From NCBI GenBank assembly GCA_031547725.1, contig JAVBRT010000032.1, positions 10,075 to 74,074 of the forward strand: DNA of 64,000 nt. The letters run 5' to 3'. This DNA comes from Azonexus sp. (lineage in GTDB: Bacteria; Pseudomonadota; Gammaproteobacteria; Burkholderiales; Rhodocyclaceae). Shown here one piece after another: positions 47,492 through 56,586 of this stretch. The notes beneath the pieces were generated by a model. That model saw nothing but the letters and a program-made list of their open reading frames with translations, did no database searches and was not told the origin of the DNA. Position 1 is the first letter of the stretch, and each line of letters opens with the position of its first letter. Made by a program: the position numbers and the translations under genes.

Positions 47492-48391
47492 ATGCTGAAT
47501 CTCGGTCAACGCTTGAACAAATTCCGCTTCGGGCTGGCGGTCAAGAAAATACTGCGCACGCCCCCCCTGGCAACGCGGCCCGATGGGCCGGTGCTGCTGT
47601 CGATGGTGCATCACCGCGATCTCCTGCCCTACCTGCTGGCGGCCAAGTCCTTCGCCCGTTTCGTCGCACCCTGCCGGGTGGTGGTGGTCGCCGACCCGAG
47701 CATCACCGCCGCCGACCGCGAACTGCTGGGTCGGCACATCCCCGGCCTGACCGTCCGCGACGCCGCCGAATTCCATTGTCCTGAACTGCCCAAGGGCGGC
47801 ACCTGGGAACGCCTGACGGCGATCGCCGAATACGCGCAGGAAAACTTCGTGATCCAGCTCGACGCCGACACGGTCGCCACCCGACCGCTGCCGGAAGTCG
47901 AACAGGCGATCCGGGAAAACCGCGCCTTTCTGCTCGGGACCGAGGACGTCCAGCAGATCCAGCCGGGGGCCGAAATCGCCGCCTGGGCCAAGGGCCGCCT
48001 GAGCGGCAACGACCACGTGCAACTGGTCGCCGAATCGGTACTCGACCGCCTGCCCGACCCGAAGCGCTGGAAATACGTGCGCGCCTGCTCCGGTTTCGCC
48101 GGCTTCCCCCGCGGCAAATTCGGCAAGGAGCAATTGCTCGAAATTTCCCGCGAAATGGGTGCCGCACTGGGTACGCGCTGGGCCGAATGGGGTACCGAGC
48201 AGTTTTCCTCCAACCTGGTGCTGTCCTGCATCGAGGGCGCCCGGATTCTGCCCCATCCCAAGTACTGCGCGCCGCACCGCGCCGACGGCGAAACAGCTTT
48301 CCGCCATTTCATCGGCTACGTCCGCTTCACGACGCCGCTGTACGCCCGGTTGGCCGGCCGGATCGCCGGCGAACTGCGTCGCGGAGGCTGA
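47492..48391 (+). CDS. Hypothetical protein, possible GT-A fold glycosyltransferase
   Basis: GC3-rich ORF whose stop abuts the next ATG; IQLDADT (DxD-like); ACSGFAGF and WGTEQ motifs. Confidence 0.6.
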   Translation: MLNLGQRLNKFRFGLAVKKILRTPPLATRPDGPVLLSMVHHRDLLPYLLAAKSFARFVAPCRVVVVADPSITAADRELLGRHIPGLTVRDAAEFHCPELPKGGTWERLTAIAEYAQENFVIQLDADTVATRPLPEVEQAIRENRAFLLGTEDVQQIQPGAEIAAWAKGRLSGNDHVQLVAESVLDRLPDPKRWKYVRACSGFAGFPRGKFGKEQLLEISREMGAALGTRWAEWGTEQFSSNLVLSCIEGARILPHPKYCAPHRADGETAFRHFIGYVRFTTPLYARLAGRIAGELRRGG

Positions 48392-49342
48392 ATGCTCTGG
48401 CCGTTCATCAGCCGTCGGCTGGCGCCGGGAGGCCGCAACGGCAAGCTCAGCATCTTCATCTTCCACCGCGTTCTGCCGGTGGCCGATCCCCTGTTGCCGT
48501 TCGAGCCTTCGGCCGAACAGTTCGACTGGATGGTTCGCTTCATCGCCCGCAGCTTCAACGTCCTGCCCCTCGGTGAAGCCGCCCGCCGGCTGCAGGCCGG
48601 CACGCTGCCGCCGGCCGCCGCGACCATCACCTTCGACGACGGCTACGCCGACAACCTGCTGGTCGCTTGGCCAATCCTCAAGCGCCACGGCGTACCGGCG
48701 ACTTTCTTCATCGCCACCGCCTTCCTCGAAGGCGGCCGCATGTGGAACGACGACGTGATCGAAGCTTTCCGTGTTGCGCCGGCGGGCGGGTTGGACTTGG
48801 GCAAGTTTGGATTAGGCAGCTACCTGTTGGGCGATGCGGCCTCGCGGGTCCGCGGCTACGAGACGGTGCTGGGGCAACTCAAGTATTTCGACCACCGGCA
48901 ACGTAGCGAGACGGCCCGGGAAATCGCCCTCCACTGCGCAGTACCAACAACCAGCGATCTGATGATGACGCACCAGCAGTTGCGTGCGCTGCGCGGCGAG
49001 GGAGCGGAAATCGGCGGCCACACCCGCACCCACCCGATTCTCGAAAACCTGGACGATGCCGCCGCGCGGGAAGAAATCGTCGCCGGCAAACGGGAACTGG
49101 AAGAACTGCTGGGCGAAGCGGTACGGGTTTTCGCCTATCCCAACGGCGTGCCCGGCCGCGACTGCTCGGCCCGCCATGGCGAAATGGCCCGCCAGGCCGG
49201 CTTCGCCGCCGCCGTGACGACCCGCCAGGCCTGCGCCGCCAGGACATCCGACCTTTTCCAGCTGCCCCGTTTCACGCCATGGGACCGCACCCCGCTGCGC
49301 TTCGCCCTGCGCAGCCTGGCGACCCTGGCCAGGAGCGCCTGA
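48392..49342 (+). CDS. Polysaccharide deacetylase (CE4/NodB family)
   Basis: FHRV, ITFDDGYADN, GGHTRTHPIL, FAYPNG motifs. Confidence 0.9.
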   Translation: MLWPFISRRLAPGGRNGKLSIFIFHRVLPVADPLLPFEPSAEQFDWMVRFIARSFNVLPLGEAARRLQAGTLPPAAATITFDDGYADNLLVAWPILKRHGVPATFFIATAFLEGGRMWNDDVIEAFRVAPAGGLDLGKFGLGSYLLGDAASRVRGYETVLGQLKYFDHRQRSETAREIALHCAVPTTSDLMMTHQQLRALRGEGAEIGGHTRTHPILENLDDAAAREEIVAGKRELEELLGEAVRVFAYPNGVPGRDCSARHGEMARQAGFAAAVTTRQACAARTSDLFQLPRFTPWDRTPLRFALRSLATLARSA

Positions 49343-49385
49343 GCAGCCGTCCTCCAGGACGTAAACGGAGCCTGACCTTGGCGGC

Positions 49386-50825
49386 TCAGGAGCGGGTCAA
49401 ACGCGCCAAATAGAGACGGCTGATTTCAAGCCAGAGTTGGTGCCCGCTGGCCCAGGCCACGAGCAGCGCGCCGAGCACGCCGCCGATACCCGAGAACAGT
49501 GCCGACAGCAGTAACTCGTCCGGCCGCCAGCCCCAGTGGAAAATCACCGCGACCGAGGCCACCGAAGCGCCCAGCGCGACCAGCAGGCTCTTGCCCCAGA
49601 CGCGCAGCATCGCCCCGCTGGTAAAAGCGATGTGCTTGCGCACCGTGACGATCCAGAATGCCGACGACAGCAGCCCGGCAACGATCAGGCACTGGCTCAA
49701 CTGCAGCAGGCTGAGCAAGGCGCCGAGCGCGGTCGCGGCGAGGGTCGCCAGCATCGACAGCAGGGTCGCCTTGAGAACGTCGTTGATGGCGCCGATACCG
49801 ATCAGCGGCGGCGAGCAGATCGCGGCCGGAATCGAACAAGCGCAGGCGACGGCCAGCCAGCGCGCCGGATCGACGGCGGCATCCCACTGTGTGCCGTAGA
49901 GGATGCGGATGGCCGGATAGGCCATCAGGGCGACGCCGCTGAAAAAGGCCCAGCCCAATCCGGTGATCAGTTCCATGGCAACCAGGAAGGACACGCCGAG
50001 ATCGCGCGCCTCGCGCGACTGGCGGGCGAAATAAGGCAGCGCCACGGAATTGACCGCATCCAGGACCAGGCGCTGGAACATCGTCACCAATCCCTGGCCG
50101 CGGCTGAACAGGCCGGCATCGACCATGCTCTGCAGCTTGCCCAGCAGCAGTTCGGGAGCGCCGCCGGACAAGGTGTTCATCAGCGAGGTGGCGGTCAGCT
50201 TGCCGCCGAACGAGACGACGTCGCCGATGCCGCGCGTGATCGGTCGCCAGGGCAGGCTCGGGTGGGCGAAAGCCCAGATCGCGACGATGCTGGCGACGGT
50301 GGTCAGGGCGTTGGCCCAGGCCAGGCTGACCGGACCGAAACCGACCCAGGCCATGCCGATGGCCGAAACCCCATGAACCAGCGCACCGACGAAGCGCACG
50401 CCGGCGATCGAGCCGAAGCGCATCTCCCGCACCAGCCAGGCGTTGGGATAGGCGAGAAAAGGCGTGATGGCGAAGTTCAAGGCCAGCACCAGCATGATCT
50501 CGACCATCTGCGGCTCGCCGTAGAAACGGGCCACCGGCACCGCCGCCGCCAGCACCAGCACGGCGAGGAAAAGACCGAGCCCCAGTTGCACGCTCCAGGT
50601 GGCACGCATCTTCTCTTCCGTCAACGACTTGTTCTGCACCAGGTATTGCCCGGCGCCCAGGTCGCGGAACGTGGCGATGAAGCCGAGCAGGACCATCGTC
50701 ACCGAATAGATGCCGATTTCCGACGGCGTCAGCAGCCGGGCGATCACCATCGACGAGGCGGTATGGATCACCAGCCCGGAATAGCGGTCGAGAAAGGAGA
50801 GCGCGAGGGCTTTGCGGGTGGACAA
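49386..50825 (-). CDS. wzx: Oligosaccharide flippase (Wzx/PST family)
   Basis: ARLLTPSEIGIY, FRDLGAGQYLVQ, ILYGTQW; about 12-14 TMs; TTG start. Confidence 0.87.
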   Translation of the reverse strand: MSTRKALALSFLDRYSGLVIHTASSMVIARLLTPSEIGIYSVTMVLLGFIATFRDLGAGQYLVQNKSLTEEKMRATWSVQLGLGLFLAVLVLAAAVPVARFYGEPQMVEIMLVLALNFAITPFLAYPNAWLVREMRFGSIAGVRFVGALVHGVSAIGMAWVGFGPVSLAWANALTTVASIVAIWAFAHPSLPWRPITRGIGDVVSFGGKLTATSLMNTLSGGAPELLLGKLQSMVDAGLFSRGQGLVTMFQRLVLDAVNSVALPYFARQSREARDLGVSFLVAMELITGLGWAFFSGVALMAYPAIRILYGTQWDAAVDPARWLAVACACSIPAAICSPPLIGIGAINDVLKATLLSMLATLAATALGALLSLLQLSQCLIVAGLLSSAFWIVTVRKHIAFTSGAMLRVWGKSLLVALGASVASVAVIFHWGWRPDELLLSALFSGIGGVLGALLVAWASGHQLWLEISRLYLARLTRS

Positions 50826-50886
50826 GGATGAGCGGTTCTAGAAGGAAGGACGGCGACGGCATGATGCCGCCGCCAATGGCCGCGGT

Positions 50887-52581
50887 TCAGGCGACAAAGG
50901 GGCGCGGCCTGGCCTGCAGCCACTGGGACAGGATCATCAGGATCCATACCAGTTCGCCATAGTAACCTGGGTGTTGCGGCAGATATTCCTTGAGCAAGCG
51001 ATCGAGGAAGTCGGCGCGGACGATGCGGCAGCCGCGCAGGTAATCCAGGGAAGCGACAGCCAGCTTGCGCAGCGCTGTGTGCTCGACCGCCCAGACGCCG
51101 AAAGGCAGGCCGAAGCCGTGCTTTTTCTTGGCGATGATCTCCGGCGGCAGGAAATCCTTCAGCGCTTCCTTGAAGAACCAGCGCAGCGTCAGGCCCTTGA
51201 CCTTGAGTTCGGGGTCGAGGCGCAGCGAAAAATCGACCAGGCGGTCGTCGAGGAAGGGAAAACCGACCTCCAAGCCGGCCAGTCGGGTCGAACCGAGCAC
51301 TTTCGGCAGGTCGTTGTCGGCCAGCGTGTACTTCCAGTCGTACCACAGCATGCGGTTGACCAGCGAATGGGCGTCGGTGGCACGGTAGGTTTCCCGCTGC
51401 TGGCGCAACGTGTCCTGCGGCGCGACCTGGGCGAGGAACTCCGGCGTCAGCACCTCGCCGAGGCCGAGACGGGTCAGCAGGTTGTACATCTGCATCCGGT
51501 CCGGCATCGGCACGCTGGCCTGCTCGACGTAGCTGACAGCCTTCTTGAGGCCGGGAATCCGGCCCGGCAAGGCGGTGCCGGTCAGCAGCGGCTCAAGCAG
51601 GCCCCGCCGCAGGAAGCCGGGAATCCGCTCATAAGCGCCGAACACCCGCTGCTTGGCGTAACGGACGTTGCCGCCGAACAATTCGTCGCCGCCGTCGCCG
51701 GCCAGGATCCGGTTCAACCCCGCCTCGCGCGCCGCCTTGGCGCAGTAGTAAGCCGGCAGCACCGAGGAATTGCCAAAGGGCTGATCGTAGGACACGGCGA
51801 CCAGCGGAATGCTGGCCACCAGATCGTCCGGTGTCACGTAGTAGGCATGGTGCTCGGCGCCGAAATGGCGGGCGGCGATGCGGGCATACTCCATCTCGTC
51901 GTAGCCGGTCGCCTCGAAGCCGATGGAAAAGGCGCGCGCCGGCTGCCCGGTCGCCTCGCGCAACAGCCCGGCGACCGTTGAACTGTCGGTGCCGCCGCTG
52001 AGGAAACAACCGGTATGGCCGGCGATCTGGTCGCGCACGCCGTCCAGCAGTATCTGGCGAAACTCGGCCTTCAACTCGTCGAACGGCGCCCGCCGCGTCT
52101 CGTCGAAATACGGTTTCCACCACGGCGCGACGGTCAGCCGACCGTTCTCGAACAAGGCGTAATGACCGGCCGGCAGGCGGAAAATATCCTTGAACACCGT
52201 CCGCGGCGCCGGGATCATGTGGAAATAAAGATAGTCGTAGAGCGCCTGCGGGTCGATGTCGACCTCGGCACCGGCCAGTTCGTCGGCCCGCTCGGCAACT
52301 TGCAGTTCACCGTCGACGACCCGATAGCACAACGAGTGGACGGAAAAACGGTCGACGGCGCAGAACACCTTTCCGTCCGGCCAGGCGATGGCGACGGAAA
52401 ACGCCCCCTTGACCGCCAACGGAGCAGCAACGCCATGTTGTGCATAGGCCGCCAGCCAACGCTCAGCCACCGGGTCGTTCGGCCCTGCCGCCAGATCGAT
52501 CGGCATTGGCGGAACATTACCGGAAGCCGTAACTTTTATATTATTCATACAATAATCAAATTCAGTATTTTTTGAATGCAA
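50887..52581 (-). CDS. Asparagine-synthase-related amide ligase lacking the N-terminal glutaminase Cys
   Basis: FLSGGTDSS, ILAGDGGDELFGG, PFLDDRLV, KKHGFGLP; no MCGI N-terminus; start uncertain. Confidence 0.82.
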   Translation of the reverse strand: MHSKNTEFDYCMNNIKVTASGNVPPMPIDLAAGPNDPVAERWLAAYAQHGVAAPLAVKGAFSVAIAWPDGKVFCAVDRFSVHSLCYRVVDGELQVAERADELAGAEVDIDPQALYDYLYFHMIPAPRTVFKDIFRLPAGHYALFENGRLTVAPWWKPYFDETRRAPFDELKAEFRQILLDGVRDQIAGHTGCFLSGGTDSSTVAGLLREATGQPARAFSIGFEATGYDEMEYARIAARHFGAEHHAYYVTPDDLVASIPLVAVSYDQPFGNSSVLPAYYCAKAAREAGLNRILAGDGGDELFGGNVRYAKQRVFGAYERIPGFLRRGLLEPLLTGTALPGRIPGLKKAVSYVEQASVPMPDRMQMYNLLTRLGLGEVLTPEFLAQVAPQDTLRQQRETYRATDAHSLVNRMLWYDWKYTLADNDLPKVLGSTRLAGLEVGFPFLDDRLVDFSLRLDPELKVKGLTLRWFFKEALKDFLPPEIIAKKKHGFGLPFGVWAVEHTALRKLAVASLDYLRGCRIVRADFLDRLLKEYLPQHPGYYGELVWILMILSQWLQARPRPFVA

Positions 52582-52617
52582 AAACCATGACGAAGGATTT
52601 TACATCAAGCCGGCAAT

Positions 52618-53514
52618 TCATTTTCCCGTACGAAAAAAAAGCAAATGACGTGAAAACGGCAAATACCGCCAGCCACCGGGATAAAAAAGGCTCTTCAAAT
52701 GCATTTTCCAAGCAGGCAGCCATTTCCCCTGCTCCCGCAGCACGTCGGCCCGACAATGAAAACATTCGCCAATGCGCTGGCGAATTGTCGAGACGATAGA
52801 TTTCGGCGGTTTCATTTCGAGCATTCTGCGATAAAGCGCATCAAAGGATTCAGTGTAATCCATGGATTTTGATACTGAGTTCGGCGTGTCGTTTATCCGA
52901 AACGTAGGCTGATCAAGTACGGCCATTTCTTTTCCGGTCATGCATAATTTGAACGCCAGCCACGTCCATTCGACATAGGGATGGGGCTCCTCGAAGCACT
53001 CGATACCGATCCGCTCGGAGCGGAACAGGGAGCCGCAGGAGGCCAGCCAATTCTGGTTGAACAGCGCAACCAGTGGTGCCCGCTGTATTTTGCCAAGATC
53101 GTTGAAACAAGGCCGATCAACGCCCTCAAGGCAACGATAGCCATTGGTCACGACAAAATCGAGATCGCCCCTGCTTTCAAGCAAAGCGACACGCGTATCA
53201 ATGCCCCCCGGCAAGTACTCGTCATCGTCATCGAGAAAACAGAAATAACGAGTCCTTACCGCTCGTCGTCCAACAAGTTGCGCCAGCGGTGCGGAACCGA
53301 TATCGAACAACAACAACTCGACATGGTCAATATTCCGTAGATCGTTCATCAAGGCTTCTGAACGCCGATGGCCGTTGACCACCACCACGACATGAACGGG
53401 TTTAATCGAGGCCGAAAATATACTGTTAATGGCGCGCAGCAGGCAATCGCGCCGCCGTTCTTCGGCCATGGTGGGAATAATGACGGTCACCTCGACCTGG
53501 TTGCTGGTCGCCAT
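52618..53514 (-). CDS. GT2 glycosyltransferase
   Basis: VTVIIPT, VVVVNG, YFCFLDDDDEY; visibly lower GC than its neighbours. Confidence 0.85.
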   Translation of the reverse strand: MATSNQVEVTVIIPTMAEERRRDCLLRAINSIFSASIKPVHVVVVVNGHRRSEALMNDLRNIDHVELLLFDIGSAPLAQLVGRRAVRTRYFCFLDDDDEYLPGGIDTRVALLESRGDLDFVVTNGYRCLEGVDRPCFNDLGKIQRAPLVALFNQNWLASCGSLFRSERIGIECFEEPHPYVEWTWLAFKLCMTGKEMAVLDQPTFRINDTPNSVSKSMDYTESFDALYRRMLEMKPPKSIVSTIRQRIGECFHCRADVLREQGKWLPAWKMHLKSLFYPGGWRYLPFSRHLLFFRTGK

Positions 53515-54138
53515 ATCAGAAAAATCTCATTGCCGGCGGGAAAAACGGGGAGCATTTATCAAACATTTCCTTCGAGATGCCCGCAGAAAAACCAATCAAT
53601 AAAAACGAACCGGCGGCTCTATTCCGCGCCGCTCGCCATGCCTGGCCATACCCTTTTCGCAGCCGGCATCGCACCGTTTCGGAGCAAGCGGCACACTATG
53701 CCACCAGCAACCGGCTGTCCAGTAGCAGCTTCGTCAGTCGGCGGCAGGTCTTCCAGTCCGCAAGGTCGCGGCGAAAACCGTAGCGGCTCGGAAAGCGGAA
53801 ATTGCCGGATATGCCCCGCGATCACCGCCTCGTCCAGCCGTCTTCCCTGGGCGCCGTCAGCCACGCTGCGGCCAGGCCGCCGAGACGCGCCCGATGGCGA
53901 AATCGACCGTAGGCCAGCGGACGAGCGGAGCTTAGGGCAAGCACGGCGGGGCCGGAAGCAAGTATTTCACGGTAAGGCGCAAGCCTTGAGAAATCGCCGC
54001 TACCGCGCGCGCAGGAAAACCCTCGCCGATGCGATGCGCGGATCGCCGTCAGTCCTGGCCCATGCATCGTGTCTCGGTAGCGGCGGGCATTTCGCCAACC
54101 GGGCGATTGCCGGCATGAACGCAACAAGCGCATTGCCT

Positions 54139-56535
54139 TCAGGCCGCCGCGGCACCGGCCGGCCGGCTGTGTCCGGCCTTGCCTCCCGGCATGAAAGACA
54201 GGAACAGCAATGTATAGTACAGCCAGGCCAGGCGCGGCACGTCGATCAGGCTGTCGAATATTCCGACAACCAGGAAGCCGATGATGGCCGCCGACAGATA
54301 GGGCGCCAGTTCATGCCGCCGGGCTTGCCCCAGATTCAGTCGCCACAGCGCGGCCACGGCCAGAAGCAGGAACAGCGCCAGCCCGACCAGCCCCTGGTCG
54401 AACAGCACATTGATCAGGATGTTCTTGGCGTGCCAGGGCATGTGGTCGTGATCGCTGCTGAAGAACCAGCGCCGCATGTCCTGACTGAAATCGCCGTTGG
54501 CCAGCAACGGCTCGCCGCCCGGCCCGGTCAGCACGACATCGTCAATATCGGCGGCACCGCTCTCGTTGCCGATGCCCAGAGAAAACATGCGCAGGCGCGG
54601 GGCGTACCAGGGGCCGCCGTCGAGCAACGGCCCGGACAACTGGATCGTGACCGTCTGCCAGTCTTCGCCGGCCTTGACTGCGGCGTGTCCGATGGCGCAG
54701 CCGGCGACATAGAGCAGGTGTTTTTCGCAGACCTCGACATGCAGGTTGGCGGTGTTCTTGGCTCTGACTTTCAACGACACGGCGAACGGCCCGGTACTGC
54801 CGAACGGCAAACGCTGCGAGACGCGAAAAATATCGCCGAAGCTGATCGGGTGCCGAGGCGCGACCAGGGACAGCCAGGCACCCTCGCCTTCGCGCGCCAG
54901 CCGGTAAGTGCCGGAAAACTTGCTATCCGGCGTGGCGAAGAAATAATTCGCCGGATAGCGTCCCAGGCCCTTGCCGAACCAGAGATCGAAAGGCGTCTGC
55001 AGCATGGCCACGCTGAGCGACCAGTGGTCGAGACGCTCCTCCAGGTCGTGCGGCGAAGTCGAGAAGCGGTCGCCCATGTAGCCGCCGCCGATGAACACCG
55101 CCACCACCGTGCAGACCGCGACCGCCGCGCTCATGAACGTCGCCTGCCAGCGCAGTGCTTGCGGCCAGGCTGGCCGGGCGGCGAAAGTGGCGCCGAGCCC
55201 CAGCGCGAAAATCAGGGCCAGGGCGCCGAGCATGCCCCACAAGGCGCCGCGGCCGCCCCAGTGATCGGCGACATTGGCTGCCATGATGCCGAGGGCGAAC
55301 CAGCCGGCGACGGCAAAAATGCGCCGGCTGCCGCCGATCGCGCCGGGCCGCCCCCAGAGGATGGCGAGCAGCCCGGCACATAGCAGGAAATACAAGGCGT
55401 ACGGCCCCTTGGGCAGGAAGGCGGCGAGCAGCAACAGCAATCCGCCGCCCATCAGGCCCAGCACGATGCCGGCAGCCAATTGCAGCTTGGCCATGCCGTG
55501 CAGCAGCTGCGGCATGACCAGGGTCACGGCGACGGTACCGAGCAAGGCCAGCAGTCCGCGATAGCCGCCGTCGGCGAATACCAGGCCGGCCATGGCGGCC
55601 AGCACGAACAGCGCGGTCGCCCAACGCAGGGGGGACCATGCCGGCTGCTCCGGCCGCCCGGCACCGGCCGGAGCAAGCGTCTGCCAGGCCAGCAGTGGCA
55701 AGGCGACCAGCAGCGCGAGATAAACGCTACGCGAAAAAGTGGTCAGTGCGGCGTAGGCGGCCAGCACGAGCAGGCCGAGGACCAGCGCAAGCCCCCCGGG
55801 CGTGCGCGCGTGGCGCAAGGCCCAGATGGCGAACGGCATGGTCAGCAGCAGCCAGCCGTCGAGGGCGGCGCCGCCGACGTGCATTTCCCAGAACAGGGCG
55901 GTCGAACGATAGTCGCTGGAAAAATTGAGCAGATCGGTGAAAGCCAGGCGCTCCCACAGCGCCGCCAGCGCCGCGCTGCCCAGTCCGAGCGCCAGGCCCC
56001 AAGCCAGCAGACGGCTGGCCGGCAAGGCCGGATCGGCGAACAGGCGATGCAGCAGCGGCCACAACAGCAGGGCCAGGAAGAAGCTCTTGCCGATGCGCAC
56101 GCTGTTCATCGGACCGTCGTAGCCCTGGTACCAGCCGAACCGGAAGCCGCCGGCATCGCTGAAGCCGCGTGCCATCGAAATCAGCAGCGACAGCATCAGC
56201 AACAGCGAAAGCCCGATCAACAGCCGGGACACTCGCTGGCGCTGGAGCGGCGGCCCGTCGATCAGGGCCCGCGCATAGCCGCCGCCGGCCATGGCCAGGA
56301 TCAGCAGGTCGCTTTCCTCGAAGCTGATCCAGCCGCTCCACGGCGCCAGGTCGATGATGGGCAGCAAGGCCGGCACGGCGACCAGACACCAGGCCGGACG
56401 CCGGTAAGCGAAAACGCCGGCCGCCGCGAACAGGAGCAACGCCAGTTGCGGCCCGAGCGGATGATGCCAGGCGAGAAAACCGCCGAGACCGAAGGCCGTC
56501 AGCGCTGCCAGCAGATCGCGCCCCCGGCTCAGCAC
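54139..56535 (-). CDS. Large O-antigen-ligase-like membrane protein with an inserted periplasmic beta domain
   Basis: About 20 hydrophobic segments; TTFSRS, FGKGLGRY and WHAKNILINVLFDQGLVG (ligase-type motifs); soluble insert with DIDDVVL..LLANGDF; GTG start. Confidence 0.7.
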   Translation of the reverse strand: MLSRGRDLLAALTAFGLGGFLAWHHPLGPQLALLLFAAAGVFAYRRPAWCLVAVPALLPIIDLAPWSGWISFEESDLLILAMAGGGYARALIDGPPLQRQRVSRLLIGLSLLLMLSLLISMARGFSDAGGFRFGWYQGYDGPMNSVRIGKSFFLALLLWPLLHRLFADPALPASRLLAWGLALGLGSAALAALWERLAFTDLLNFSSDYRSTALFWEMHVGGAALDGWLLLTMPFAIWALRHARTPGGLALVLGLLVLAAYAALTTFSRSVYLALLVALPLLAWQTLAPAGAGRPEQPAWSPLRWATALFVLAAMAGLVFADGGYRGLLALLGTVAVTLVMPQLLHGMAKLQLAAGIVLGLMGGGLLLLLAAFLPKGPYALYFLLCAGLLAILWGRPGAIGGSRRIFAVAGWFALGIMAANVADHWGGRGALWGMLGALALIFALGLGATFAARPAWPQALRWQATFMSAAVAVCTVVAVFIGGGYMGDRFSTSPHDLEERLDHWSLSVAMLQTPFDLWFGKGLGRYPANYFFATPDSKFSGTYRLAREGEGAWLSLVAPRHPISFGDIFRVSQRLPFGSTGPFAVSLKVRAKNTANLHVEVCEKHLLYVAGCAIGHAAVKAGEDWQTVTIQLSGPLLDGGPWYAPRLRMFSLGIGNESGAADIDDVVLTGPGGEPLLANGDFSQDMRRWFFSSDHDHMPWHAKNILINVLFDQGLVGLALFLLLAVAALWRLNLGQARRHELAPYLSAAIIGFLVVGIFDSLIDVPRLAWLYYTLLFLSFMPGGKAGHSRPAGAAAA

Positions 56536-56586
56536 AGTCGCCCCCGCGTAGCGATGGCAGGCGGCACGGCAACGGCCGGCATGCCC

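Noticed and set aside
50887-52581. Lasso peptide cyclase interpretation of the glutaminase-less AsnB
   Set aside because: No precursor peptide, RRE or B2 protease nearby; the context is a flippase and glycosyltransferases.
53368-55383. 671-aa plus-strand ORF crossing the 53.5-54.1 kb gap
   Set aside because: It overlaps two real minus-strand genes, has low-complexity R/G/P/Q composition and no recognisable domain.
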